Source: Minisyncoccota bacterium
GTDB lineage: Bacteria; Patescibacteriota; Minisyncoccia; Phycocordibacterales; UBA9973
Direction of reading: 5' to 3'
Length of the DNA: 64,000 nt
Assembly: GCA_017991515.1 (NCBI GenBank)
Contig: JAGOQI010000002.1
Coordinates: forward strand, 15,088-79,087
This document shows positions 31,803 to 41,476 of this stretch, piece by piece (within the stretch, counting starts at the first letter, position 1; every line of letters begins with the position of its first letter). The position numbers were made by a program, and so were the translations under genes. The notes below the pieces were generated by a model that saw nothing but the letters and a program-made list of their open reading frames with translations, ran no database searches and had not been told where the DNA came from.

Positions 31803-31833
31803 AAAAACACCACGGCATGCCGTGGTGTTTTTG
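31803..31833. terminator. bidirectional intrinsic terminator
   Basis: AAAAACACCACGGCATGCCGTGGTGTTTTTG between convergent genes. Confidence 0.8.
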
Positions 31834-31847
31834 TATCTTTTAAAAGA

Positions 31848-32045
31848 TTATGCGCGCTGTACGTTTACAGCGTTCATTCCTTTTTGAGATTCTTCCATTT
31901 CAAAAGAAACAGAGTCTCCCTCGCGAAGCTCATCAAATGAAACTCCTACAAGAGCGTTGCTGTGAAAGAATAGATCTTTCTGTAGCCCTTCTGCTGTAAT
32001 GAAACCGAAACCTTTGTCAGTCATCTTTTTGATTGTACCTGTCAT
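31848..32045 (-). CDS. cspA: cold-shock protein
   Basis: GTIKKMTDKGFGFI...DLFFHSNAL...GDSVSFEMEESQKGMNAVNV matches the CspA-family cold-shock domain. Confidence 0.85.
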   Translation of the reverse strand: MTGTIKKMTDKGFGFITAEGLQKDLFFHSNALVGVSFDELREGDSVSFEMEESQKGMNAVNVQRA

Positions 32046-32154
32046 AGAATTAGTTATTTAACGAATAATTTACAAAATAAAACCCTAAGAATCGACGTGT
32101 TTCGAGAAGCTCTTTTTGTAGCCTTATAATAAGATAGATATGATAAAAAGTCAA

Positions 32155-32763
32155 CTAATTCTTTTTAAAGATCAATTTGTAAACAAATCTTATTATTGAG
32201 TAAACTATAACCAGTCCAACTACCATTAGTATTATATTTTTAACAACATTAACATTGTCGATAACCAAAGATAGCCTGTTGTGAAAATACCACCCCATAC
32301 CAATGAAAACTGGTACATAAACTATCAAGGCTAACAAGTCATAAGCTATAAATTTCTTTAACGGTATCTTTCGAGTCCCTGCCAAAAAGGGTCCTATGAA
32401 GCGCAGTTGGACTAAAAATCTAGAAAAGAAAATAATACTTCCAATATTCATTTCAAGCCATTTGTCGCCTTTCTTTTCTAACCTCTTTTCAAAGAAAGTT
32501 TTGTACAAGTAGTTGGTAATACGACTACCTTTTTTAGATAGTTTGTATAAAATGATGTCGTTAACAAGAAGAGCTGATATTACAAGAGGGATAACTAAAA
32601 AACCATTTATAACTTTTGTCCCAGATAAATATCCGAGAGCCAATAGTATTAATTCTTCAGGAACAGGTATCACTATGTTGGAAAAAAAAGCCACCACCCA
32701 AATACCACCGTAGGAAAGAGCTCCTAACTGATTTATTATTGCTTCTGCTCCTGATGCTTCCAT
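32155..32763 (-). CDS. DedA / SNARE-associated family membrane protein
   Basis: VVAFFSNIVIPVPEELILLALGYLSG and multiple transmembrane helices. Confidence 0.65.
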   Translation of the reverse strand: MEASGAEAIINQLGALSYGGIWVVAFFSNIVIPVPEELILLALGYLSGTKVINGFLVIPLVISALLVNDIILYKLSKKGSRITNYLYKTFFEKRLEKKGDKWLEMNIGSIIFFSRFLVQLRFIGPFLAGTRKIPLKKFIAYDLLALIVYVPVFIGMGWYFHNRLSLVIDNVNVVKNIILMVVGLVIVYSIIRFVYKLIFKKN

Positions 32764-32765
32764 AA

Positions 32766-33005
32766 CTATCTCTCTTGTCCTAAAGCCAGCATTATTTGAT
32801 CAACTAGTTCTTGTGGACTAGTCTCTGTGGTATATGTGACGTCGTGTTGGTCAGCAATAGTCATAAGAACTTCCAGTGCTCTAGGGTTGCCGTCTTGCAC
32901 TAAAGAGTTTAAATACTCAAAGTCAGGTAGGCCATGCTTATCGAGCCATTCTTCTTTGCCATGCATAAGCTCGGAACTTTCTTTTTTGAAGTCTTCATCG
33001 TTCAT
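32766..33005 (-). CDS. hypothetical acidic protein (79 aa)
   Basis: ORF only. Confidence 0.4.
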   Translation of the reverse strand: MNDEDFKKESSELMHGKEEWLDKHGLPDFEYLNSLVQDGNPRALEVLMTIADQHDVTYTTETSPQELVDQIMLALGQER

Positions 33006-33064
33006 ATACTTATTATACCAAATTAAAAAAGCGACACTAGGTCGCTTTTTTAATTTATTTTGAA

Positions 33065-33187
33065 TTATTCAGCAGGAGTTTCTGCAGGAGCGTCAGTTAC
33101 AGAAGTTTCTGTTTTCACTGCACATTCTTCACAAGTTTCTCCTTTAGCTTCACAAGCTTCACACTTCTTTGTTTCTTCTGTATCCAT
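33065..33187 (-). CDS. small acidic CxxC-x6-CxxC peptide (40 aa), possible zinc-ribbon
   Basis: MDTEETKKCEACEAKGETCEECAVKTETSVTDAPAETPAE; palindromic terminator AAAAAAGCGACACTAGGTCGCTTTTTT directly downstream on the minus strand. Confidence 0.35.
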   Translation of the reverse strand: MDTEETKKCEACEAKGETCEECAVKTETSVTDAPAETPAE

Positions 33188-33282
33188 ATTAATTATTTTA
33201 ATTAAGGTTAATAATACCGTATTACCTTACCTGATATAAATCTTTTTGTAAAGAAGATTTAAGATATTTTGTTTATATATTT

Positions 33283-34200
33283 TTATTTAAAGAAAACTGA
33301 ACCACTATCAAACTTCAAAAGAAGAACCAATTCGCCTTTTGAAGTAAACATGTAGCTTTGTGTCTCGTTTAACATTTTTTTAAAATCAGATTCCTGTGAA
33401 TCTTCGCAGTACATTAATGTTGATATCATATTACTAAAAGTTACCTCATTACCTTTTGTTTTGTATTCACCTCCTCCACCATTGCAGTCAGTAGTCGCAG
33501 AAAAAGTATTATTTTTATTTAAAGTCAGAGTAAATTTATCTTTGGCTATCGGTTTAACTTCTTTACCATCACTATATTGTGTGTAAACCCAGTTCCATTT
33601 CTTCATAGTCAAAGTCATTTTAGCTGGATCAGCTTCTCCTTCAAAGCCTTGAATCACTTCTCCCCATTGTAGTGTTTTCGGATCTAACTTTAGGTATATA
33701 GATTTTCCAATTGATGGTTTTACATCGAAGCTCTCATTATTTTTTCTTTCTAGATAGTTCACAACCAAGATATCAACATCTTTTATTTCTGTAGTCTGTG
33801 GTGCTATTCTATCTCCTAGAAAAACAGCATCAGTGCCTACTTTACCATCTACTTTATTAAGTAATGCTGTGGCATAAAAAAATGTTCCACTACCACCAGT
33901 CTCTTGAGTTATTAAGAATGCAGTATCTTCTCTGCCGTCTTTGTCAAAATCACCAGAAACTTCATTTCCAAAATATTTGGTAACTATTTTAGAGGCAGAT
34001 CCAGGTGCTACTTCAACTTCTGATAGGCCATTCTTTAAGGTTATTTTTTGACCATCCACTATATATACACCATCATGTAAACTTGTTAGATTTTCATCTT
34101 TAACAATGTTTTTATTAGAATTTGAACTATAAACAACAAAACCAATAATTAACAAAATTATTATACTTACAAATATATTTTTTTTATTCATATATATCAT
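33283..34200 (-). CDS. secreted protein with a C-terminal META / HslJ-like (DUF306) domain
   Basis: N-terminal signal anchor; C-terminal ...ATTDCNGGGGEYKTKGNEVTFSNMISTLMYC... pattern typical of META-domain lipoproteins. Confidence 0.45.
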   Translation of the reverse strand: MIYMNKKNIFVSIIILLIIGFVVYSSNSNKNIVKDENLTSLHDGVYIVDGQKITLKNGLSEVEVAPGSASKIVTKYFGNEVSGDFDKDGREDTAFLITQETGGSGTFFYATALLNKVDGKVGTDAVFLGDRIAPQTTEIKDVDILVVNYLERKNNESFDVKPSIGKSIYLKLDPKTLQWGEVIQGFEGEADPAKMTLTMKKWNWVYTQYSDGKEVKPIAKDKFTLTLNKNNTFSATTDCNGGGGEYKTKGNEVTFSNMISTLMYCEDSQESDFKKMLNETQSYMFTSKGELVLLLKFDSGSVFFK

Positions 34201-34271
34201 TATACCATCAAATAATTATTAAGGATTTTTATTAAATAGTTATAAATTTAAGATTTTGTTAATATATAAAT

Positions 34272-34454
34272 ATGGATAAAAAAATGCTTTTAAGTGGCAC
34301 AGTGCATAAGTTGCCCGAAGACCTACAAAAAGCCATTGAGGCATCTTCAAAAAGCAATCTTCTGTGGCAAGACATAACACCACTGGCGCGTAACGAATGG
34401 ATCTGTTGGGTTATCTCTGGCAAAAAGGCGGAGACTAGAGATATTCGTATCTGA
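34272..34454 (+). CDS. YdeI/OmpD-associated family protein (short)
   Basis: LPEDLQKAIEASSKSNLLWQDITPLARNEWICWVISGKKAETRDIRI matches the YdeI/OmpD-associated family pattern. Confidence 0.5.
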   Translation: MDKKMLLSGTVHKLPEDLQKAIEASSKSNLLWQDITPLARNEWICWVISGKKAETRDIRI

Positions 34455-34525
34455 AAAGCTATATCAAAAATGAACACAGGTATGCGACGACCTTGTTGTT
34501 GGGCAGGGTGTGTTCATAGATAATA

Positions 34526-34876
34526 TTATTTGTTTTCTTTCACTCTAAATTTTACTATTTTTTCAATCAGAGAGTAAGGTATAGGTTTTTCATATTTAAA
34601 TCTTATACAGCCTTTTGAAGTGCTAAAAGATAAGAGATCTTTCTGAAAATTTTTTATAGCAGAAGGAGCTGGATAGAAACCTAGATGCCCCTTCATTGCT
34701 GCAAAGTGTACAAGGTTGCCATTGAGTTCAAATGTTGGCATTCCGTACTTGATAGATTCTATTGCTTTTGGGGCAGACTTACTAATAACCTCTCGAACTT
34801 TCTGTAAGATTACTTGTTTGTCTTTCGGGAAATCTTTTATGTAGGCATCTATTGTTTTATAAATCTTTTTGTTCAT
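34526..34876 (-). CDS. DUF1801 domain protein
   Basis: IDAYIKDFPKD...YGMPTFELNGNLVHFAAMKGHLGFY fits DUF1801. Confidence 0.55.
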   Translation of the reverse strand: MNKKIYKTIDAYIKDFPKDKQVILQKVREVISKSAPKAIESIKYGMPTFELNGNLVHFAAMKGHLGFYPAPSAIKNFQKDLLSFSTSKGCIRFKYEKPIPYSLIEKIVKFRVKENK

Positions 34877-34927
34877 AAATAAATTATATCAGCTATATGA
34901 CTGATTATCTTTTAAACTAAAATTTTA

Positions 34928-35161
34928 TTAATCTTTATTTTTCTTTGTTTTCGGGCACGCTGTATAGGCTGAATAAAGGATGAGCCAGATAGAAAATATA
35001 TATAACCAAAGATCTTCTTTTTCAGAACCATTTATAACCCAGACACTGACAAGTATCGCAGTTCCAACAATAGCTATGATTATAGAAGTTCCATATTTTT
35101 TAAATATTGATTTCATATTTATATTATTCCAAGAAATCTTATAAAGCGCTAGTGATTTCAA
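34928..35161 (-). CDS. small membrane protein
   Basis: Two hydrophobic helices; ORF only. Confidence 0.4.
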   Translation of the reverse strand: MKSLALYKISWNNINMKSIFKKYGTSIIIAIVGTAILVSVWVINGSEKEDLWLYIFSIWLILYSAYTACPKTKKNKD

Positions 35162-35227
35162 ACTTTAAACGATGTTCGAATAAGTTTGACAAAGTAGGGT
35201 AGTAGAGTAAAGTAAAGAAAAAAGTTC

Positions 35228-35488
35228 ATGAACCAAGTACGAATTACTGTATTTCAAATTAGCCCAGAGGCAAAGGCTTTAATTAATCAATATAAAAATA
35301 GACTGAAAGAAAGACTTGATAATATAAAATTCAAACCAGTTTGGAATTCAATAGAAGAGATTCTCGCAAAGAAGTATGGTATTACTAATATTGATAAAAA
35401 ATATCAAGATTTATTATTAAGAGATATCAACCGTACCAGAGAAAACCGTCAGTCCATTCTTAGTTTGTTTGATGAAGATTTGCCTTAA
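35228..35488 (+). CDS. hypothetical protein (86 aa)
   Basis: ORF followed by the terminator AAAGCCACCCTCAAAAGGTGGCTTTTTT. Confidence 0.45.
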   Translation: MNQVRITVFQISPEAKALINQYKNRLKERLDNIKFKPVWNSIEEILAKKYGITNIDKKYQDLLLRDINRTRENRQSILSLFDEDLP

Positions 35489-35601
35489 GTGCATCAAAGC
35501 CACCCTCAAAAGGTGGCTTTTTTATAACAAATTTGACTTTTTTCCTTAAAAAGCTAATCTAAACTAGAAATACTATACATTCATATTAAAACTATAAGCC
35601 T

Positions 35602-35799
35602 ATGTGTATGGAAGCAGAAAAATTAGCAAATACATCTGATGAAGAGTTATTAAAGTTCTACAAAAGAGGGGTTGAGCTTCAGGGGGGTAAAAGCCCTCAT
35701 GATATAGATCAGCTTGAAACAGAGATTCTGAGAAGAATGAAGAAGGTGACCAGTTATCCTAAAATAGAAGTAGGGGATGAGCATGATCAGTTTTCTTAA
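35602..35799 (+). CDS. hypothetical protein (65 aa)
   Basis: ORF followed by the terminator CAAGCACCAATAGGTGCTTTTTTC. Confidence 0.4.
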   Translation: MCMEAEKLANTSDEELLKFYKRGVELQGGKSPHDIDQLETEILRRMKKVTSYPKIEVGDEHDQFS

Positions 35800-35857
35800 A
35801 ACAAAGTCAAGATTTTCACAAGCACCAATAGGTGCTTTTTTCTTTTGTATTACACTG

Positions 35858-35929
35858 CTCCCCGGGTAGGATTCGAACCTACGGTCCATCGCTTAACAGG
35901 CGATTGCTTTACCGCTAAGCTACCAGGGA
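35858..35929 (-). tRNA. tRNA-Asn (anticodon GTT)
   Basis: Reverse complement TCCCTGGTAGCTTAGCGGTAAAGCAATCGCCTGTTAAGCGATGGACCGTAGGTTCGAATCCTACCCGGGGAG folds as a cloverleaf; anticodon loop CTGTTAA. Confidence 0.85.
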
Positions 35930-35988
35930 ATATAACGGTCATATACTTATATCACAATTTTGGGCCTTAGAAAAGGGTTTTTAGACCT

Positions 35989-36222
35989 TTAAAGACTGTC
36001 GAAAACACTGGCAGTTGTTCGTCCACTATCAGCTGGCTTTCTAGGGTCAAAGTTGAACCATCCATAGCCATCTGTCGCTACTTGAGGATTATAGTCATAT
36101 ACATCGTCACCCCACCAATCTGTAGGGTACATAGTAGGAGACACCCAAATACCCTTGGCCATTATCGGTAATGCATACCAAGCGAATACTGCTAGAAAAA
36201 TTATTGCTATAATCTTACCCAT
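35989..36222 (-). CDS. small secreted/membrane protein rich in aromatic residues
   Basis: N-terminal hydrophobic helix; ORF only. Confidence 0.45.
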   Translation of the reverse strand: MGKIIAIIFLAVFAWYALPIMAKGIWVSPTMYPTDWWGDDVYDYNPQVATDGYGWFNFDPRKPADSGRTTASVFDSL

Positions 36223-36270
36223 AATGCTATCCTATAGTTTCATTTAATAAATCACAAGAACTTACACTTT

Positions 36271-37686
36271 ATGCATCATTTTTCAAAAAAGACAAAGATT
36301 ATCGCAACCATTGGGCCGGGGTCAGAAAATAAACAAACACTAACTACTTTGTTTTCAAAAGGCGTTGATATTTGTCGTACAAATATGAGTCATGATGATC
36401 AAGGCATTCATGAAAAAAGAATTAAACTTATCAGATCTGTTGCAAAAAAAGAGGGGAGGCCAATAGCTATATTACAAGACTTATCTGGTCCGAAAATTCG
36501 TATTGGGGATTTTGAAAGTGCACCGGTAGAACTTATTGTTGGTAAAAAATTTATTTTAAGTGGCAATAAAGATGTTGTCGGAGATGTGAATCGAGTTTAT
36601 TTCAACTATCCTCATATAGAAAAAGATATTAAAAAAGGGATGATAATAATGCTCGATGATGGTAAGAAAAAACTCGTAGTAGAGAAAGTTATCGGCGTGG
36701 AAGTTCACACAAAAGTTTTAGTCGGTGGAACTACCAAGAGTCGCAGAGGAGTAAATATTCCTGGTGCGTATTTATCTATCGATGCTATGACTACAAAAGA
36801 TAAGTCTGATCTGTCTTTCGGTATAAAGATGGGAGTAGACTTCGTAGCATTATCTTTCGTTCGAACTGCAAAGGATATAGAGAATTTAAGAACTTTGATA
36901 AAAAAGGCAAAAGGTACACAAGCTATCATTGCTAAAATAGAAACACAAGAAGCAGTAGACAATATAGATGAAATTATAGCTAGTTCTGATACAGTAATGG
37001 TAGCTAGAGGAGACTTGGCAGTAGAGATAGGTCCAGAAAAAGTTCCAACTGTGCAAAAGATGATTATCAGAAAATGCAACGAACTAGGTAAACCTGTAGT
37101 TGTAGCAACTCAAATGTTAGAAAGTATGATAAATGCTCCAGTACCAACTCGTGCTGAAGTTTCTGATGTTGCTAATGCTATTTTTGATGGAGCAGATGCT
37201 GTGATGCTCTCTGAAGAAACAGCTCTTGGTAAATATCCAGTTGAGGCAGTAGATATGATGAATCATGTTGCCTTACAAGTAGAAAAAGAAATAGGGACAC
37301 ACAGAAGACTCAAAGTTCATTCAAATGACATTGTTGACTCAGTGTCTTCTTCTGTAGTTCATAACGCCGAAGATGTTGGAGCAAAACTAATAGTAGCCTT
37401 AACTGAAACTGGTTCAACACCGAGAATGATAGCCCGCTACAAACCACAACAGCCAGTGGTAGTACTGACCCCTCATGAAAGTGTTGTTCGTCAATCACAA
37501 ATAATTTTTGGTTGTTATCCTTTGCTTATGAAAAGTTTTACAGGTAGTACTCAGCTTATCAAAACCATAGGTCCAAAACTTATTGAACTAGGTTTAGTTA
37601 AAAAAGGAGATAGTGTTGTAGTTAGTGCTGGAGTACCTTTTGGAACACCTGGAACGACTAATATGCTCATGATTTTGAAGGTTTAG
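36271..37686 (+). CDS. pyk: pyruvate kinase
   Basis: KTKIIATIGPGS..., MVARGDLAVEIG and the C-terminal domain; 471 aa. Confidence 0.9.
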   Translation: MHHFSKKTKIIATIGPGSENKQTLTTLFSKGVDICRTNMSHDDQGIHEKRIKLIRSVAKKEGRPIAILQDLSGPKIRIGDFESAPVELIVGKKFILSGNKDVVGDVNRVYFNYPHIEKDIKKGMIIMLDDGKKKLVVEKVIGVEVHTKVLVGGTTKSRRGVNIPGAYLSIDAMTTKDKSDLSFGIKMGVDFVALSFVRTAKDIENLRTLIKKAKGTQAIIAKIETQEAVDNIDEIIASSDTVMVARGDLAVEIGPEKVPTVQKMIIRKCNELGKPVVVATQMLESMINAPVPTRAEVSDVANAIFDGADAVMLSEETALGKYPVEAVDMMNHVALQVEKEIGTHRRLKVHSNDIVDSVSSSVVHNAEDVGAKLIVALTETGSTPRMIARYKPQQPVVVLTPHESVVRQSQIIFGCYPLLMKSFTGSTQLIKTIGPKLIELGLVKKGDSVVVSAGVPFGTPGTTNMLMILKV

Positions 37687-37716
37687 ACTCTTGCCCAGAA
37701 ATGCTATAATAAGGAT

Positions 37717-38079
37717 ATGAATATTTCAATCAAAACAACAAATATTGAATTAACACCAGCGCTTAAAGATTATACAGAAAAGCGTATCTCAGGGATAAAT
37801 AAGTTTACAGGCGAAGAGGTAACAGCTGCTGTCGAAATAGGTAAGACAAGTAATCATCATAAAAATGGTGAAGATCTTTTTAGAGCAGAGGTAAATGTCA
37901 CAACTTCTTTAGGTAAACAACTTCGAGCAGTATCAGAGAAATCAGATTTGTATGAAGCTATAGATGATGTGCGAGAGCAAATGGTGAGAGAACTTAAATC
38001 TGCAAAAGGTAAAGAAGATGCTCTGTGGAAAAAAGGTGCGAGAAAAATAAAATCTATGATGAGAGGTTTTCGTAGCTAA
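37717..38079 (+). CDS. hpf: ribosome hibernation promoting factor (RaiA/HPF family)
   Basis: MNISIKTTNIELTPALKDYTEKRI matches the HPF N-terminus. Confidence 0.8.
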   Translation: MNISIKTTNIELTPALKDYTEKRISGINKFTGEEVTAAVEIGKTSNHHKNGEDLFRAEVNVTTSLGKQLRAVSEKSDLYEAIDDVREQMVRELKSAKGKEDALWKKGARKIKSMMRGFRS

Positions 38080-38890
38080 CCTTCTTTCCATTTTCTGGGA
38101 TAACTTCTTCTATTACAAACTGCCCTGCCTGCGCAGACAGGTCCCATTCTAGGTGGGCTTTTGTTATTTTTATTCGTCTATCGTTTTGGAAAAAATAAGT
38201 ACCGATAGAGCCAAAATAAGCACGATACTTTCTATCATTTGTTGTCGCTTCCTCGTTTAGATTTATTTCGCCCTCTTCTTTGGATATTTTCTTGCAATGT
38301 GAAGCTTCTCCTGCCTGCTCTTGCGCTTTTATTGTTTCATCAAAAATACTTTTTATAACAGAAGGTAATAGTTTTATAGCAACTGAGTTTAGTTTTTCTC
38401 GAAGTGTTGGAGTTGTGTCTGTAGGGTCTATGCTAACTTCTTCTGAAACAAATATAGGACCGCTGTCGAGTTCGTAACGCATTTGTTGTATGGCTATACC
38501 TGTTTTTTTATCACCGTTTAAAATAGCACTCTCTACAGGAGTAGCTCCGCGATACTTCGGTAGTAGGGAATAGTGAACATTTATAGTCCCATATTTGGGT
38601 AAGTTGATCACTCTCTCAGGGATTATTTTGCCATAAGCAATAACGACAAATAAATCCCAAGATTCTTTTGATAATTCTTCAAAGAATTCATCATTTAGTT
38701 TCTCTGGTTGTAAAACTTTTATATCATTTTCTTGACCCCAAACTTTTGGTCCTGGGGCTTTTAGAGTCATACCGCGACCTGATGGCCTATCAGGGTTTGT
38801 GACTACTAGAGAAGGGGATAAAACATGCTCTTTAAGAGTTTCCAAGAAAGAAACAGTAAAATCCGGCGTCCCAAAAAATGCAATTTTCAT
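38054..38890 (-). CDS. fmt: methionyl-tRNA formyltransferase
   Basis: MKIAFFGTPDFTV, VVTNPDRPSGRG and INVHYSLLPKYRGATP motifs; its 3' end overlaps the hpf 3' end by 26 nt (convergent). Confidence 0.85.
   Translation of the reverse strand: MKIAFFGTPDFTVSFLETLKEHVLSPSLVVTNPDRPSGRGMTLKAPGPKVWGQENDIKVLQPEKLNDEFFEELSKESWDLFVVIAYGKIIPERVINLPKYGTINVHYSLLPKYRGATPVESAILNGDKKTGIAIQQMRYELDSGPIFVSEEVSIDPTDTTPTLREKLNSVAIKLLPSVIKSIFDETIKAQEQAGEASHCKKISKEEGEINLNEEATTNDRKYRAYFGSIGTYFFQNDRRIKITKAHLEWDLSAQAGQFVIEEVIPENGKKVSYENLSS
38124..38143 (-). repeat. GC-rich palindromic element GACCTGTCTGCGCAGGCAGG inside fmt
   Basis: Near-perfect 18-bp palindrome with core CTGCGCAG; encodes DLSAQAGQ in-frame; a degenerate relative (CCTGCCTGCTCTTGCGC, encoding AQEQAGEA) lies about 180 nt away at 38308-38326. 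Confidence 0.8.
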
Positions 38891-38943
38891 AAGGCTATAT
38901 TAACATAAAAGTAGATATTCGCCTGTAAGAAATATAGTTTATT

Positions 38944-38975
38944 CTCTGCGGATGCCTGCGCAGAGTCCTCGATTC
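38944..38975. repeat. intergenic GC-rich palindromic element CTCTGCGGATGCCTGCGCAGAGTCCTCGATTC
   Basis: Inverted near-identical copy (31 of 32 positions) of the element at 47851-47883; contains the CTGCGCAG core. Confidence 0.75.
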
Positions 38976-39020
38976 ATAAAATATATTTCTGACGGGCTCA
39001 AAGTAATTAGGCAAAATATG

Positions 39021-39524
39021 TTATTTTGTCGGAGCCTCCTTGTTTGGTGGTAAGTCTTCAACATCCACAGCTTTGTCGATGAAAAGTACGCCGTTTAGAT
39101 GATCTGTCTCGTGTTGGAAGATTTGAGCAAGTAAGCCTTTGCCACTCATGACAAATTCATTTCCTTCCATATTTGTAGCTCGCACTGTTGCGGTGAGAGA
39201 TCTTTTGACCATGCCGTACTTCCATCTAACACTTAGGCAACCTTCAGAGACCATTTCTTTTTTCTTGCCAAGTTTTGTAATAACAGGATTAATAAAAACC
39301 ATATCCTCAAGAGCTTTCGGTAATGCTCTTTTTGAAACTACAAATATTCGCAGTGGTACATCTATCTGAGGAGCAGCAATAGCCACGCCGTCATCTTCAC
39401 CGTGTAAAAGTTCTTTCATTTTTTCAACTACATCTTTTATTTCTTTAGATTTTATTTCAGAGGCAGAAACTTCTTTTGCAATACTTCGAAGTGTAGCGTG
39501 GGGGGATTGGATGATACCAGGCAT
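39021..39524 (-). CDS. def: peptide deformylase
   Basis: GVAIAAPQIDV, EGCLSV and HETDHLNGVLF motifs. Confidence 0.9.
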   Translation of the reverse strand: MPGIIQSPHATLRSIAKEVSASEIKSKEIKDVVEKMKELLHGEDDGVAIAAPQIDVPLRIFVVSKRALPKALEDMVFINPVITKLGKKKEMVSEGCLSVRWKYGMVKRSLTATVRATNMEGNEFVMSGKGLLAQIFQHETDHLNGVLFIDKAVDVEDLPPNKEAPTK

Positions 39525-39529
39525 AAAAA

Positions 39530-40831
39530 TTATTTTAAATGTTTAATATACTGACTAAGCTCTGACTGCATAACTGTTTCTTGTTCTCTTGTTTCCATAT
39601 TTCGAACTATAACACTTTGTTCAACAGCTTCTTTTTGTCCGAAGATTATCACATAGGGAGCTTCACTTTTCTCTGCCACAGCGAGTTGTGCACCGAGAGA
39701 GTCTTTTGATAGACATTGAGCTACAGGCACATGGGCTTTACGAAGTATTTCAATAACAGACAGACTTTTTAACTTCGCTTCAAAACCAACTTGTATAAAA
39801 TAAATCTTTGGCTTCTTCATTATTCTTGGAGCCAAGTTTCTAAACCATGGTCGCTCTATGACGCGGTCCATACCGATAGATCCTCCCATAGCAGGAATAT
39901 CCTTTTTTGATCCAAGTGCTTTAGCTAAGTAATCATAACGACCTCCGCCAGCAATAGTCATAGAAGTACCGTCTTCTAATGTTTCTATGATTTCAAAAAC
40001 AGTGTGAGTGTAGTAAGAGAGTCCACGGACCAATGTCTTGTCTATTTGATAAGCGATACCCATCTCATCCAAATATTCTAAAACTTCTTTGAAATGCTTT
40101 TTGCCACTAGCTGATAGGAAACTTGTCGAATCTGGCGCTCCGGCATTTATTTCTATTGTTTTAGGATCTTTTGAATCCAAAATTCTCATAGGATTACTCT
40201 TGAGTCGCTCTTGGTCTATGGTTGGCAAATCTTTCAAGTGTTTCTTGTAATAATTTGTTAGTTCTCGTAAATAAGCAGGGCGAGAGTCTTTGTCACCGAT
40301 AGAATTGATAGTTACCATCAAATCTTTTCCACCAGCTTCTTCAAGTATCGTATAAATAGTTTTGATAACGAGTGCATCAACAACACTTTTTTCACTACCT
40401 AAGGCATCAACATCAAATTGATAAAACTGTCTGTAGCGACCTTTTTGAGGTTTGTCATGACGAAATACAGGACCACTGTGATACATCATCACAGGCTGAG
40501 GCTGTGACTGCATTCCTTGTTCTATATAAGCACGCATAAGACCTGCTGTTTGTTCTGGGCGCATAGCTAGATGGTCACCACCTTTGGTTTTCAAGGTGTA
40601 CATTTCTTTGTCGACAATATCAGTCCCTACACCAACAGCAGAAGTAAAAGTTTCTTCATGCTCTAGTATCGGAGTTTCAATAGGAGTAAAACCATAATAA
40701 ACAGCTACCTCTTGAGCCTTCTCGAAAAAACCTTGAAATTTGTAATAGTCGGCGCCAAATATATCTCTCATGCCTTTTGGGCTACTAATACTTTGCTGCG
40801 TCTTCTTTTTTTCAGTTGGTTTTTTATTCAT
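39530..40831 (-). CDS. hisS: histidyl-tRNA synthetase
   Basis: Class II aaRS; PKGMRDIFG... N-terminus typical of HisRS; anticodon-binding C-terminal domain. Confidence 0.9.
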   Translation of the reverse strand: MNKKPTEKKKTQQSISSPKGMRDIFGADYYKFQGFFEKAQEVAVYYGFTPIETPILEHEETFTSAVGVGTDIVDKEMYTLKTKGGDHLAMRPEQTAGLMRAYIEQGMQSQPQPVMMYHSGPVFRHDKPQKGRYRQFYQFDVDALGSEKSVVDALVIKTIYTILEEAGGKDLMVTINSIGDKDSRPAYLRELTNYYKKHLKDLPTIDQERLKSNPMRILDSKDPKTIEINAGAPDSTSFLSASGKKHFKEVLEYLDEMGIAYQIDKTLVRGLSYYTHTVFEIIETLEDGTSMTIAGGGRYDYLAKALGSKKDIPAMGGSIGMDRVIERPWFRNLAPRIMKKPKIYFIQVGFEAKLKSLSVIEILRKAHVPVAQCLSKDSLGAQLAVAEKSEAPYVIIFGQKEAVEQSVIVRNMETREQETVMQSELSQYIKHLK

Positions 40832-41405
40832 AGTTCACTTTTCCTGGGAGATAATCTATTTGTTTTAATGGCAACAATCGAAGTAGTGCTCGGCCTCGAA
40901 GATTTGCTTTCGGTAATGTACCCCAAGAGCGAGAGTCAAAGCTTCCTGCTCTGTTGTCTCCCATAACAAAGTATTGGTCTTCTAGTACTTTTACTACCAT
41001 GTTGTCTAATGATTTATGAGTAATGAAAGATTCAGACAAAGTAAAACCTTCAGGATTTTCAGCGTTTGTAATAGTCACGATTTGTCCGTTTATAGAAACA
41101 GTGTCACCTGGAAGACCAATAATTCTTTTTATAAAATATTTATCAGGTTCTGGAGGAGCTTTGAAAACTACAACGTCCCCACGCTCTGGTTCTGAAAACT
41201 TATAAGTAACTTCATCTATCAAAAGATAGTTGCCAGTTTCAAGGGTAGGACTCATAGAGCTTCCGTTTACCACGAAAGGTCTGATGATGAATTGTTGTAC
41301 AAGCATAGCCAAAGCCACTGCTGTAACTATGTATAAAACATTTTCTAGAAAAACTCTAAACTTAGACTTGCTCTGCATTGCTACTGTTGAAGTGTTTTGT
41401 TCCAT
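40824..41405 (-). CDS. lepB: signal peptidase I
   Basis: GSSMSPTL and KRIIGLPGD motifs. Confidence 0.85.
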   Translation of the reverse strand: MEQNTSTVAMQSKSKFRVFLENVLYIVTAVALAMLVQQFIIRPFVVNGSSMSPTLETGNYLLIDEVTYKFSEPERGDVVVFKAPPEPDKYFIKRIIGLPGDTVSINGQIVTITNAENPEGFTLSESFITHKSLDNMVVKVLEDQYFVMGDNRAGSFDSRSWGTLPKANLRGRALLRLLPLKQIDYLPGKVNYE

Positions 41406-41476
41406 AATTGTCCCTATTATAGTTTAAAAAAGGACACGCGACAAGAAAGCATTTTTGTAGTTTAATTAAGGAATAT

